From contig JBAXQO010000003.1 in NCBI GenBank assembly GCA_037131675.1, forward strand, positions 2,487 to 66,486: a DNA stretch of 64,000 nt. The letters are read 5' to 3'. The notes under the pieces were generated by a model that was given only the letters and a program-made list of their open reading frames with translations, had not been told where the DNA came from and made no database searches. Positions 38,598 to 48,768 of the stretch are shown here, in pieces. This stretch comes from a bacterium (lineage in GTDB: Bacteria; Patescibacteriota; Minisyncoccia; Phycocordibacterales; CAIZIN01). Position 1 is the stretch's first letter. The number at the start of each line of letters is the position of its first letter. Both the position numbers and the translations under genes were made by a program.

Positions 38598-38673
38598 TGG
38601 TGCGCGCACTAGGACTCGAACCTAGGACCACCGAGGTATAAGCTCGGCGCTCTACCAACTGAGCTATGCGCGC
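38598..38673 (-). tRNA. tRNA-Ile, anticodon UAU
   Basis: 76-nt cloverleaf GCGCGCA...; anticodon arm CCGAG-CT-TAT-AC-CTCGG; encoded CCA. Confidence 0.95.
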
Positions 38674-38784
38674 ATGTCTTACTTTTCAAAACCTAATTGC
38701 TCGCATAGCCAGTTTTGCTTTACCTACCAAAACAGCTATGTGCGCATTTGTAACTACTATATCAGAAAATCAGCATGAATCAAT

Positions 38785-39660
38785 TTATGGGCGAGGGAAG
38801 ACATCTAGTAGCTCGTTCGATCTATATATGTTGTATGTAAGTCCTCCAAATGAATATTTGATTCCACCAACTTCTATTTCTGCACCTCCTACTTGAGGGT
38901 TTACTTTTGGTTCTGAGTGTCCGAATCCTATATTATAAAGTGTGCCAATTATTTCTTGTTTATCATCTATATTATTCCCAGAATTTTTCCATGCCTGCTC
39001 TATTTCTTTTATATAGAGTGCACCATAAAGATATGTATAGTACCTATTGTGTTCATCTGTTATTCTAGTGAACCTTTCCTGATCTGTGTTTGTTGCTGAT
39101 ATAAAATCTAATTTGTGTTCAAAATCTTTTCCAAGGTAGTAAGGCGATGTTGGATTTACTAAATTATTTTCTATCTGTTTTGCTGTGTCTGGTTTAATTC
39201 CCATTACACCCCAAGAAAATTGAGTCTGTGTGCCAAGTATCTTAAGAGGGAAGAAGGCTTGTTTGTAAACTTCTCGCTCGCTTGTAAAAAGACGAAGTTG
39301 TTCAACTCCTAGAACGGAAACGATGAGTCGAGCCGGTATTCCAGTTTCGTTCTCCACTCGAGATAAAACGTTCTTATCTTTTTTTATAGCTTCAGAAAAA
39401 GTTTTCCATTCCTCCGTTTGTGCCCATAGAGTGTCTATTGTTGTAGCTGTTGATGAGCTAGAGGATGTGTTTTTATAAAAAGCCTCGGTTTGATTGTCTA
39501 TAATTCCACGAGTATTTGTGAAGCCAAATTTAACAGCAAAAAAACCAACTACCAAACCAAAACCTATTATGGCAAATCCATAAACAAAGATATTGAAAAT
39601 TATGCGTGGTATTTTTTGCATGTGTGTGCAAAACATACCACAATAGACTGTATGTGCCAA
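38785..39660 (-). CDS. Membrane-anchored protein, possible lysozyme/transglycosylase-like fold
   Basis: N-terminal TM; LGVEQ, GVMGIK, TLYNIG resemble SLT-type motifs; start uncertain (ATG at 39621 possible). Confidence 0.6.
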   Translation of the reverse strand: MAHTVYCGMFCTHMQKIPRIIFNIFVYGFAIIGFGLVVGFFAVKFGFTNTRGIIDNQTEAFYKNTSSSSSTATTIDTLWAQTEEWKTFSEAIKKDKNVLSRVENETGIPARLIVSVLGVEQLRLFTSEREVYKQAFFPLKILGTQTQFSWGVMGIKPDTAKQIENNLVNPTSPYYLGKDFEHKLDFISATNTDQERFTRITDEHNRYYTYLYGALYIKEIEQAWKNSGNNIDDKQEIIGTLYNIGFGHSEPKVNPQVGGAEIEVGGIKYSFGGLTYNIYRSNELLDVFPRP

Positions 39661-39668
39661 GTTTGCGA

Positions 39669-41840
39669 TTATTCAAAATGTATTTCCTTTCGTGAGGCAA
39701 TTTTTTCGCGAAGTATGTGGTAGGAGACTAGCTCTGGATCGATAGATATTATATGTGAAGCCTCATTGCGTGCCGCTTCCACCATCTTTATGTTTTTAAT
39801 TGCCTCCATGCCGATGTCGGAAATGCCCCATTGTTTTTTTCCATAAAGTTCTCCAGCCCCACGTTGAGCGAAATCAAATTCTGCAAGTTCAAAACCATTT
39901 TTTGCAGTTTTCAAAGCCTTCAATCTATCTCTTGTTTTTTCACTATTGCTTTCTGTGAATACATAACAATATGCTTGGTGGTTTCCACGGATAACTCTTC
40001 CGCGGAGCTGGTGTAGTTGGGCGAGGCCAAATCTTTCTCCGCCTTCAATTAGCATCACCGTGGCATTCGGATTGTTTACGCCTACCTCGACTACAGAAGT
40101 TGAAACTAAAATTTGAATTTTATTTTCCATAAAATCTTTCATAACCTCATCCTTTTCTTTTGGATTCATTTTGCTGTGCAGTATTCCAATCATGAATTCA
40201 GGAAATACATACTTATCAAGTCTCTTTGCTTCTGCGATTACAGATTTGGCGATAATCGCCATTTCTTTAGTTGGGTCTGGTTCCTCAATGCGAGGGCATA
40301 GGATATATACCTGTCTTCCAGCTTTTAATTCATCACGAATTTTTTCGTAAGTTTTTTCTCTATCATGCGGCATTACAATTTCTGTGATGATTGGTTTTCT
40401 ACCAGAGGGCATTTGGTCTAGAAGTGATAAATCCAAATCCCCATAGATTGTGAGTGCGAGAGTGCGGGGGATAGGTGTTGCTGTCATAGAAAGCAAATGT
40501 GGTGCAAAGTTGTCTTTTCTTGTGAGTTTTTGTCGTTGTGCTGTCCCAAAACGATGTTGTTCATCTATTATAACTAGCCCTAAGTTTTTGAATTTTACAT
40601 TTTTGGAAATGAGAGCGTGTGTACCAATAACAATAGGAATATCACCAGATGCTACCCATTTCAAAAGTTGGTTTTTGGAAATTGGAGTGGACTCTGTCGG
40701 ACGAACTTTTGAAGGAAATTTTCTACACTCACTTCCTGTTACGAGTCCCACTGAAATTCCCAGATATGTAAAATATTTTATAAAAGATTCAAAGTGTTGT
40801 TTCGCCAGGATTTCTGTTGGTGCCATGTAGGCAGTTTGTAAATGTGCATAGATATTGCTTGTGGGGGATGAAGCCGTGGCTGCATACACTAAAGCAGCCG
40901 CTACAGCCGTTTTTCCACTTCCCACATCTCCTTCAAGCAAGCGCGACATTGGCTTTCCACTTTTCATATCTTTGATTGCGTCCGTGATGGATTTTATCTG
41001 TGCGTCTGTTGCTGTGAAGGGGAATCGGTCTATGAATTTTTGAATATCTTTATCCTCAGTGTGAACAATAAAAGATTTTTTGTTATTTATTGAATGACGG
41101 TCACGCATTTTCTGAAGCTGTATGAAAAATATCTCTTCAAATGCAAAGCGTTTGCGCGCTGCCTGAGCATCACTTTCTTTTTGTGGAGAGTGTATCCATA
41201 TGAGAGACGTCGTCAGCTTTGGCAGATTATATTTCTTTAATATTTCCTCGGGAATAGGATCTTCTATTTTATCTAAAAGACCTGATGAAAATATTTTTTG
41301 TTCTGCGTGATATATCCACTTACTTGTAATGCCCTTTGTCTCTGGATATACAGGAAACCCAAATTTTTCTAAATTATCCGCAGTTTCTCCCCACAATGAA
41401 TCACCAACACCAATAGGTAATTCTTTGATGGTTTCATATTCAGGGTTTGTAAGATATAAAGTTCCTTTCCTTTCAGATACAACCCCGGAGAGTTTGACCA
41501 ATGCACCGTCAAGAAGCATCTTGGCTACATATGGTTGTCGAAACCACACCGCTTTTATTTTGTTGTTGTTTATGTCCGTAACTTCACCCTCCGCCATGGC
41601 AATATTTGTTTTAAAACTTTTACTAGTCTTGAGTTTTCCAATTTTTCCATACACAGTAACAAATTCCCCTTTTTCAAAAGAGGATATATTTTTTATTTCG
41701 GCAATGTTTCCGTATTTTGAAGGGAAGTAATATAGGAGGTCTAAAATAGTATGAAGACCTAGATTTTTTAGGGCCTTTTTTTGCGTATCAACAAGTCGGA
41801 AAGCGTCTTCTATTTTTGTTTCCGATGAAAATTCTTTCAT
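39669..41840 (-). CDS. recG: ATP-dependent DNA helicase RecG
   Basis: GDVGSGKT, DEQHRFG, MTATPIPRT, QLHQLRGRV. Confidence 0.96.
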   Translation of the reverse strand: MKEFSSETKIEDAFRLVDTQKKALKNLGLHTILDLLYYFPSKYGNIAEIKNISSFEKGEFVTVYGKIGKLKTSKSFKTNIAMAEGEVTDINNNKIKAVWFRQPYVAKMLLDGALVKLSGVVSERKGTLYLTNPEYETIKELPIGVGDSLWGETADNLEKFGFPVYPETKGITSKWIYHAEQKIFSSGLLDKIEDPIPEEILKKYNLPKLTTSLIWIHSPQKESDAQAARKRFAFEEIFFIQLQKMRDRHSINNKKSFIVHTEDKDIQKFIDRFPFTATDAQIKSITDAIKDMKSGKPMSRLLEGDVGSGKTAVAAALVYAATASSPTSNIYAHLQTAYMAPTEILAKQHFESFIKYFTYLGISVGLVTGSECRKFPSKVRPTESTPISKNQLLKWVASGDIPIVIGTHALISKNVKFKNLGLVIIDEQHRFGTAQRQKLTRKDNFAPHLLSMTATPIPRTLALTIYGDLDLSLLDQMPSGRKPIITEIVMPHDREKTYEKIRDELKAGRQVYILCPRIEEPDPTKEMAIIAKSVIAEAKRLDKYVFPEFMIGILHSKMNPKEKDEVMKDFMENKIQILVSTSVVEVGVNNPNATVMLIEGGERFGLAQLHQLRGRVIRGNHQAYCYVFTESNSEKTRDRLKALKTAKNGFELAEFDFAQRGAGELYGKKQWGISDIGMEAIKNIKMVEAARNEASHIISIDPELVSYHILREKIASRKEIHFE

Positions 41841-41849
41841 TTACCTATA

Positions 41850-42212
41850 TTAGATTGTCTTACTTTTGACTGCAAGCGCCAATGCTGAAAGTATAATAAC
41901 TATGTCTTTGTAGAAAATATCAAATGATGGAGTGCCCCAGCGAGCATTCGAGAAAACTATAAGCCCCAGGTAAACTGCTGCGATCATGGGTGGAACAAAA
42001 GGTTTTCTTTCAAAAATTATAAATGCTGCAACTATCATCCAAAGAGCAGAAAGGATCCAAACAAGTGCATTGTGAGAAATAAATTGAGATAAAAAATTTG
42101 GTATGTAAACTGCAAAATATTTTGGACGCAAGTAAGTTCCCCAGGCCATATAAAGAAGTGGGAAGGCGACTGCAAGTTTTAAAAGTAAATAAGAAAGTTT
42201 TTCTTTGCTCAT
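41850..42212 (-). CDS. Small DoxX-like membrane protein
   Basis: Four hydrophobic helices, KD near the C-terminus. Confidence 0.6.
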   Translation of the reverse strand: MSKEKLSYLLLKLAVAFPLLYMAWGTYLRPKYFAVYIPNFLSQFISHNALVWILSALWMIVAAFIIFERKPFVPPMIAAVYLGLIVFSNARWGTPSFDIFYKDIVIILSALALAVKSKTI

Positions 42213-42248
42213 GTCCTATATTATTACACATGATAGAATTTTTTGCTG

Positions 42249-42335
42249 CGGAGACGGAGGGATTCGAACCCTCGAGGCCGATTAAAGCCTGGCCCCTTAG
42301 CAAGGGGCTACGTTAGACCACTCTGACACGTCTCC
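42249..42335 (-). tRNA. tRNA-Ser, anticodon GCU
   Basis: GGAGACG acceptor stem, GCCCC-TT-GCT-AA-GGGGC, long variable arm, discriminator G, CCA not encoded. Confidence 0.95.
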
Positions 42336-42428
42336 AAATACGTTGCAAATGTATCATAAATTTGAAAAAAATAAAATCGTCTATTTCATTATATAGAAAG
42401 CGTGTAAATTTATGCTACAATATTTTTT

Positions 42429-43235
42429 ATGTCACGACTAGAAAACAAAATCGCCCTTGTTACGGGTGCTGCTGGTGGTATTGGTAAAAGTATTGCCAAA
42501 AGATTTTTACAAGAAGGTGCCACTGTTATTATTTCCGACCTCAATGATGAAAAATCGGAAGAGGTGGCAAAAGAGCTTGGAGAAAAAGCTTTCCATATTC
42601 ACTTGGATGTTTCAAAAGAAGAAGAGTGGGTGAGTGTGATGAAATTTATTAAAGAAAAATTTGGAAGGTTGGATATTCTTGTAAACAATGCAGGTATTAT
42701 CGGTTTTGAGCGAGACTGGGGGCCACAGGATCCAGAAAACACATCACTTGAAAGTTGGAAATTTATACACTCTGTAAACAGTGATAGTGTTTTCTTGGGA
42801 TGTAAACATGCTATCAAACTTATGAAAGAAACTGGCGGAGGGAATATTGTGAACATGTCGTCTCGTTCCGGCATTGTGGGTGTACCTGATACAGCTGCAT
42901 ATGCTTCAAGTAAAGCTTCTGTTCGCAACCATACAAAAAGTGTTGCGCTCTACTGTGCAAAAAATAAATATAACATTCGATGTAATTCACTTCATCCAGC
43001 TTCAATAATGACACATATGTGGGAGATGATGCTGGGAGACGGAGAAAAAAGAGAAGAGAATTTAAAGAAAAAATGCGAGGCAATACCGATGGGTTGTATG
43101 GGGACGCCAGAAGATGTTGCAAATGGTGCTTTGTTTCTGGTGTCTGATGAGGCAAGGTTTATAACGGGTACGGAGCTTGTGATAGATGGAGGGACTTTGG
43201 CTGGTACACTCTCTTCACCGCATAAGGTAGAATAA
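42429..43235 (+). CDS. Short-chain dehydrogenase/reductase
   Basis: TGAAGGIG, NNAG, YASSK. Confidence 0.95.
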   Translation: MSRLENKIALVTGAAGGIGKSIAKRFLQEGATVIISDLNDEKSEEVAKELGEKAFHIHLDVSKEEEWVSVMKFIKEKFGRLDILVNNAGIIGFERDWGPQDPENTSLESWKFIHSVNSDSVFLGCKHAIKLMKETGGGNIVNMSSRSGIVGVPDTAAYASSKASVRNHTKSVALYCAKNKYNIRCNSLHPASIMTHMWEMMLGDGEKREENLKKKCEAIPMGCMGTPEDVANGALFLVSDEARFITGTELVIDGGTLAGTLSSPHKVE

Positions 43236-43239
43236 GGTT

Positions 43240-44031
43240 ATGAATATTATAGAGGTTAAAAATTTAGTGAAAAAGTTTGGTGATTTTACTGCTGTAGATG
43301 ATGTTTCTTTCGATGTTGGAAAAGGAGAGATTTTTGCATTTCTCGGCCCGAATGGAGCTGGAAAATCAACAACGATCAAAATGCTTACCACGCTTCTGTC
43401 ACCGACAAGTGGGGAAATAAAAATGAATGGGTATGATCCGGAGAAAAATTCTCATGAAGCGCGACGTTCATTCGGAATTGTTTTCCAAGACCCTAGTCTC
43501 GATGATGAACTCACTGCTTATGAAAATATGGAATTTCATGGGGTATTGTACGATGTGCCAAAAAAAGTCCGTCGAGAAAGAATTCAAGAACTTCTCGAAT
43601 TTGTAGAATTGTGGGACAGAAAAAATAGTTTAGTAAAAGAATTTTCTGGTGGTATGAAGCGTAGACTTGAGATAGCTCGAGGGCTTTTACATCATCCGAA
43701 AATTCTTTTTTTAGATGAGCCAACGATTGGGCTTGACCCACAGACACGAAATCATATGTGGAATTATTTGCTTGAGCTCAATAAAAAAGAGGGGATTACT
43801 GTTTTCTTTACTACACATTATATGGAGGAGGCAGAAAAGGTGGCACAGAGAATTGCAGTGATTGATCATGGAAAAATAATTGAGACTGGGACAACTGAAG
43901 AACTTCTGTCACGCACGAACACAACTTCACTTGAAGAAGCATTTCTTTCACTTACTGGAAAAGTAATTCGTGAAGAAGAAGCTGGTTCTATTGATAGGCT
44001 TCGTACTGCTCGTAAAATGTGGCGACGATAA
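43240..44031 (+). CDS. ABC-2 exporter ATP-binding subunit (DrrA-like)
   Basis: GPNGAGKS, FSGGMKRR, LDEPTIGLD, TTHYMEE. Confidence 0.95.
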   Translation: MNIIEVKNLVKKFGDFTAVDDVSFDVGKGEIFAFLGPNGAGKSTTIKMLTTLLSPTSGEIKMNGYDPEKNSHEARRSFGIVFQDPSLDDELTAYENMEFHGVLYDVPKKVRRERIQELLEFVELWDRKNSLVKEFSGGMKRRLEIARGLLHHPKILFLDEPTIGLDPQTRNHMWNYLLELNKKEGITVFFTTHYMEEAEKVAQRIAVIDHGKIIETGTTEELLSRTNTTSLEEAFLSLTGKVIREEEAGSIDRLRTARKMWRR

Positions 44032-44042
44032 TACAAAATACT

Positions 44043-44789
44043 ATGAAAACGATTTATATTTTATGGCTTAGACAAATTAAAAGGTATGTGAGATCTAAAT
44101 CAAGAATGATTGGTTCACTTGCTCAGCCTGTTTTGTTTTTACTTTCTCTCGGGTATGGATTTGGTTCAGTATTTCAAAAGGCTGGGCAGGGAAATTATAT
44201 TGAATTTTTGGCTCCGGGTATTATTGGTATGGGAATCATTTTTTCTGCTGTATTTTCAGGCATTGAAATTATTTGGGATAAGCAATTTGGTTTTTTGAAA
44301 GAAACATTGGTAGCACCGGTGTCGCGGTTTTCTATTATGCTTGGGCGAACGATTGGAGGTGCAACAGTTGCAACATTTCAAGGAGCTCTTGTTCTCTTAG
44401 TTTCTCTTCTTGCTGGCTTTCACCCTACAAACTGGTTTTTCATTCTTCCACTTTTGGTTGCGATGTTTTTGGTAGCTCTCGTTTTTTCTGCTCTTGGTAC
44501 TATGATCGGCTCGCTTTTGAATGACATGCAAGGTTTTCAGCTAATTGTGAATTTTTTGATTATGCCCTTATTTTTCCTTTCGGGTGCGCTTTTTCCACTT
44601 ACAAATTTGCCAGCTATTATGAATGTAGTGGTGCGTCTCGACCCGCTTTCGTATGGGGTTGATGCATTCAGAGGGCTTCTCATTGGTGTCACACATTTCG
44701 GCTTGGCTATGGATATGTCTGTACTTCTTGGGTTTGCACTTGTTTTTGTAACGTTGGGAAGTTACTCGTTTTCGAAGGTTCAGATTTAA
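44043..44789 (+). CDS. ABC-2 exporter permease (DrrB-like)
   Basis: FLAPGI, GFLKETLVAP, FLSGALFP, PLSYGVD. Confidence 0.93.
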   Translation: MKTIYILWLRQIKRYVRSKSRMIGSLAQPVLFLLSLGYGFGSVFQKAGQGNYIEFLAPGIIGMGIIFSAVFSGIEIIWDKQFGFLKETLVAPVSRFSIMLGRTIGGATVATFQGALVLLVSLLAGFHPTNWFFILPLLVAMFLVALVFSALGTMIGSLLNDMQGFQLIVNFLIMPLFFLSGALFPLTNLPAIMNVVVRLDPLSYGVDAFRGLLIGVTHFGLAMDMSVLLGFALVFVTLGSYSFSKVQI

Positions 44790-44816
44790 TTTATTTTTTT
44801 TGATATACTTTGGCTT

Positions 44817-45050
44817 ATGGAACAACAACCAGAATTCGGTTTTGCAAAAGAATTAGAGTTGAAGCCCTCAAAGTCACCCGAAGAGGTGAAAGAGGAATCT
44901 AAAAATGTTATCGAAGAAACAGGTGACTTACCTTTAGATGATTCTCATCAGAAGACTGCTGAAATAAAACATTATCCCGCACCATGTCAGTATTGTGAAG
45001 ATTCTGATCCAAATTGTAGATATTGTCAGGGAAGGAATTATTCTGAATAA
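44817..45050 (+). CDS. Small acidic protein with CxxC-x5-CxxC
   Basis: CQYC...CRYC; -10 box 7 nt upstream of the ATG. Confidence 0.65.
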   Translation: MEQQPEFGFAKELELKPSKSPEEVKEESKNVIEETGDLPLDDSHQKTAEIKHYPAPCQYCEDSDPNCRYCQGRNYSE

Positions 45051-45052
45051 TT

Positions 45053-45937
45053 ATGGCTGATAAGTACTCTGCAGTGTGGGTATCCCATTCTTCGATGGGG
45101 GATTTTATAAAATGTCCTCGTCTTTACTATTTGCATAATGTATATAAAAATCCAAAAACAGGGAAGAAAATAAATCTCGTATCACCTGCGCTCTCACTCG
45201 GTTCTGCTGTGCATGAAGTGGTGGAAGGCTTGGCAGAATTTCCTGCAGAAAAAAGATTTGAAAACCCATCTGAGCTCCTAGAAAGATTTGAAAAAACATG
45301 GGAGAAATTTTCTGGAAAGAAAGGAGGTTTCAGAAGCGAGGAAGAAGAGCTCGAATACAAGGCGCGTGGGAAAGCTATGATTGAGAGAGTAATACAAAAT
45401 CCTGGTCCGCTCAAAGAGAAAATTATAAAACTCAAAGAAGGTTCAAATGGAATGCTTCCAAATTTTTATCTTTCAGAAAAAGAAAATATTATTTTGTGTG
45501 GACGAATCGACTGGCTCGAATACAAACCCGAAGACGACAGTGTTCATATTCTCGATTTCAAAACAAGTCGGCAGAAAGAAAATGGCGATCATGAAGAAAA
45601 TGAAGAGTCTCTCCAATTACCAATTTACCAGCTACTTCTCAAACATTTGCAAAAGCGAAAAGTTTCTGGTGCTTCCTATTGGTATTTGGATGTGGATGAC
45701 AGACCTAAAGAGAAAACATTGCCGAGTGTAGAGGATTCATATGAGAAGGTGTATAAAGTTGCAAAGGCTATATCTGATGCTCGTGCACTCGCACAAAAAG
45801 AAGGTCCTGAAAAAGTGTTTGTGTGTCCACGCGGTGAAGCTGGATGTTTCGGTTGTGCTCCTTTTGAAAAAATTATTCGTGGCGAAGCGGAATTTTTAGG
45901 AGTGGGTGAGTGGGGGCAGGAGATGTATTTGGTTTAG
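45053..45937 (+). CDS. PD-(D/E)XK nuclease, RecB/AddB/Cas4-like
   Basis: CPR near N-terminus, GRID, ILDFKT, QLPIY, C-terminal C..C..C. Confidence 0.88.
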   Translation: MADKYSAVWVSHSSMGDFIKCPRLYYLHNVYKNPKTGKKINLVSPALSLGSAVHEVVEGLAEFPAEKRFENPSELLERFEKTWEKFSGKKGGFRSEEEELEYKARGKAMIERVIQNPGPLKEKIIKLKEGSNGMLPNFYLSEKENIILCGRIDWLEYKPEDDSVHILDFKTSRQKENGDHEENEESLQLPIYQLLLKHLQKRKVSGASYWYLDVDDRPKEKTLPSVEDSYEKVYKVAKAISDARALAQKEGPEKVFVCPRGEAGCFGCAPFEKIIRGEAEFLGVGEWGQEMYLV

Positions 45938-45969
45938 GGTTTGTGGGTATAAGATACTTGAAATTTGTT

Positions 45970-46437
45970 GTGTATATAGACTATTTAAAAAAAAGAAGAG
46001 GTTTTACGTTAATTGAACTTTTGGTTGTTATTTCTATAATAAGTTTTTTATCTTCTATAGTGTTGGCAAGTCTAAATACAGCTCGTGGTAAAGCTCGGTT
46101 TTCTCTAGCTTTAGAACAGATGAATAGTATTGAAAAGGCAGCATCTCTTGATTACAGTGATAATAATACTTACGCCCCAGATGTTCTAACAAATACAGCT
46201 CCATCATTTGTTCCTAAATATTTGCCAGTTTGGCCAACCCCTCCATGTCCTAATTGGGCTTATGATTGGGAAAATTGGCCAGGGTTGGGTATAGCAAGGG
46301 TTAGTTTACGAAAGGGAAACTCTAATGGGAGTCCGACGCTTTATTATTACTGCATTATCTCTACAGGAGATTGTTCTTGGTCGGATGGTTCGGATATAAA
46401 AAATGTAACCAATAAAATACTTACCTGTAATGAATAG
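45970..46437 (+). CDS. Orphan type IV pilin-like protein (GTG at 45970 preferred)
   Basis: KKRRG|FTLIELLVV class III signal; three Cys in the head domain. Confidence 0.88.
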   Translation: MYIDYLKKRRGFTLIELLVVISIISFLSSIVLASLNTARGKARFSLALEQMNSIEKAASLDYSDNNTYAPDVLTNTAPSFVPKYLPVWPTPPCPNWAYDWENWPGLGIARVSLRKGNSNGSPTLYYYCIISTGDCSWSDGSDIKNVTNKILTCNE

Positions 46438-46485
46438 CTTTTCGAAAGGTGGGTCTTCTTCAAGTATTGTCTTCGATATTATTAT

Positions 46486-47157
46486 CTACCTCCAATCTAT
46501 CTCCGTTTTTTCGTGTTCTTGTAAGTATTTATTTGTCTTACTAAAATGTTTGCATCCGAAAAATCCATTTGCGGCTGAGAAGGGTGATGGGTGTGCCGAC
46601 TCGAGCACGAGATGTTTTGAGCGGTCTATAACCATACCTTTTTTCTTTGCGTAATTTCCCCAGAGCATGAAAACTAAATTTTCTCGTTGGTCTGAGAGTG
46701 CTTTGATTGCTGCGTCGGTGAATTCTTCCCAGCCTTTATTTTGATGTGAGCCGGGCGAGCTCGCGCGTACCGTGAGTGTTGCATTCAAAAGCAAAACTCC
46801 TTGCTTGGCCCAGCGCGAAAGGTCTCCGTTTTGTACCGGCTCAATTCCTAGGTCGCTTTTGATTTCCTTAAAAATATTTTGAAGTGACGGAGGGATTTGT
46901 ATACCCTCGTGCACTGCGAAAGAAAGTCCATTGGCTTGGTGCGCTCCGTGGTATGGGTCTTGGCCGATAATGACCACTTTCACTTTGTTAAACGGACACA
47001 TATCAAAAGCTCTAAAAATATCTTTTGGTTGTGGAAAAACTTTATGTTTTTTGTATTCATCTTTCACGAAATCCGAAAGCTCTTTGAAATATGTTTTTCC
47101 AAACTCATTTTCAAGAGCCTTTTTCCAGGATTCTTCAATACGGATGGTTTGTGACAT
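46486..47157 (-). CDS. ung: Uracil-DNA glycosylase family 1
   Basis: GQDPYH, PPSL, GVLLLN, HPSPFS. Confidence 0.98.
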   Translation of the reverse strand: MSQTIRIEESWKKALENEFGKTYFKELSDFVKDEYKKHKVFPQPKDIFRAFDMCPFNKVKVVIIGQDPYHGAHQANGLSFAVHEGIQIPPSLQNIFKEIKSDLGIEPVQNGDLSRWAKQGVLLLNATLTVRASSPGSHQNKGWEEFTDAAIKALSDQRENLVFMLWGNYAKKKGMVIDRSKHLVLESAHPSPFSAANGFFGCKHFSKTNKYLQEHEKTEIDWR

Positions 47158-47209
47158 CGTATGTATTCTAACCTACATCATTGAAACAAAACAAGAAAAA
47201 ACACCAGTT

Positions 47210-47536
47210 TTATTTCCTGGTGTTTGGTGCGATTTTGTGTTGTGTGGGTGAGATCATTTCAACAGCATCATTAATCGTCATCCCTTCGTGCCATCCGATT
47301 TCACTTACTTCTTTCTGTTTTATCATCTTTCTTACGTCTCGCCTTGAAACGAGAGAGTTGAAAGCTTTGTGTGAAATGAGTGTGGATGGATAAATTTTTT
47401 CCGGATTAACCCCTTCTTTCTTGGCAACCTTGTGTTTTGCAAGGACTAGAAGATCTGTTTTGGTTCTGGCGTAAATTTTCAAAATTTCTCCTTTGTACTT
47501 TTGTTCGAATAATAACCCTGATTTTCCATCTGTCAA
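47210..47536 (-). CDS. Hypothetical protein
   Basis: 108-aa ORF with TTG start; no motif. Confidence 0.4.
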   Translation of the reverse strand: MTDGKSGLLFEQKYKGEILKIYARTKTDLLVLAKHKVAKKEGVNPEKIYPSTLISHKAFNSLVSRRDVRKMIKQKEVSEIGWHEGMTINDAVEMISPTQHKIAPNTRK

Positions 47537-47573
47537 TGGTTACAGCTGACTGTTGGCAAAGTAGTATTAGGCC

Positions 47574-48752
47574 ATGGAACCACTCGCTTCAAAAATACGA
47601 CCTAAAACCCTAAAAGAATTTGTGGGGCAAGAACATTTAGTGGGTGAAGGCAAGCCTTTACGAAAGGCCTTGGAAGAAAAACACCTATTTTCATTCATTT
47701 TATGGGGCCCACCTGGTACTGGAAAAACCACCCTTGCACGCATTTATGCAAAATCTTTAGATGTGGAACTTTATGAACTTTCTGCGGTTTCGGCGGGTAA
47801 AGATGATATAAGAAAAATTATTGAAGATAGAAGCGTGCTAACTGCAAAACCAAAAGTTTTGTTTTTAGATGAAATACACCGTTTTAATAAAGCCCAGCAA
47901 GATTTTTTGTTGCCTTATGTGGAAAATGGTGTCATCACACTCATTGGTGCCACGACTGAAAATCCAAGTTTCGAGGTTATTTCCGCATTACTTTCAAGGT
48001 GTAGGGTTTTCACGCTTGCAGAACTTTCACCAGATGATATGAAAAAGATTGTAAAGCGTACGGGTGTGAAACTTGATAAAAAAGCAACAGAGTGGATTGT
48101 GGAAATGGCAGCAGGGGATGCTCGTATGATGATAACCACACTTGAAACAGCTCAAAAATTTTATGGAGAAAAAGGTGTAACAATTACAGTAGAAAATTTA
48201 AAGGATACTGTTCAGAATAGATTTTTACGATTTGATAAAAAAGGTGAAGAGCACTACAACACCATAAGTGCGTTTATAAAAAGCATGCGAGCAAGTGATC
48301 CCGATGCAGCACTTTATTATTTGGCTCGCATGATTTCGGCGGGGGAGGATCCAAAATTTATAGCCAGGAGAATGGTGATATTTGCATCTGAAGATATTGG
48401 ACTTGCACAACCAACAGCTCTTGTTGTTGCAAATGACGTTTTTAGGGCTGTTGAAATTATTGGACTTCCAGAGTGTAGAATAAATTTGGCACATGGTGTG
48501 GCCTACCTTGCACTTGCGAAAAAAGACAAAAGCGCATACGAAGCAATTGGGAAGGCGATGGAGGATGTAGAAAAATATGGAAACCTGACCATTCCAATGA
48601 AACTCCGAAATGCACCGACCAAACTAATGAAAGAAATGGGGTATGGAGAAGGGTATGAAAAATATGGCATGAAAGATTTGTTACCAGAAAAATTGAAAGG
48701 AAAGAAATATTTGAAACGTAAAATTGATATGGTTGATGAAGGTGCGAAATAA
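47574..48752 (+). CDS. rarA: Replication-associated recombination protein RarA/MgsA
   Basis: GPPGTGKTT, DEIHRFNKAQQD, GATTENP, SAFIKSMR, ASEDIGLA. Confidence 0.97.
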   Translation: MEPLASKIRPKTLKEFVGQEHLVGEGKPLRKALEEKHLFSFILWGPPGTGKTTLARIYAKSLDVELYELSAVSAGKDDIRKIIEDRSVLTAKPKVLFLDEIHRFNKAQQDFLLPYVENGVITLIGATTENPSFEVISALLSRCRVFTLAELSPDDMKKIVKRTGVKLDKKATEWIVEMAAGDARMMITTLETAQKFYGEKGVTITVENLKDTVQNRFLRFDKKGEEHYNTISAFIKSMRASDPDAALYYLARMISAGEDPKFIARRMVIFASEDIGLAQPTALVVANDVFRAVEIIGLPECRINLAHGVAYLALAKKDKSAYEAIGKAMEDVEKYGNLTIPMKLRNAPTKLMKEMGYGEGYEKYGMKDLLPEKLKGKKYLKRKIDMVDEGAK

Positions 48753-48768
48753 TGCGAATATAGAAAAA

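Noticed and set aside
38121-38612. 163-aa + strand ORF
   Set aside because: Overlaps an opposite-strand ORF, hairpin repeats and the tRNA; no protein-like motif
45053-45937. Cas4 of a CRISPR system
   Set aside because: RecB/AddB/Cas4-like fold, but no cas1/cas2 or array; treated as a standalone nuclease
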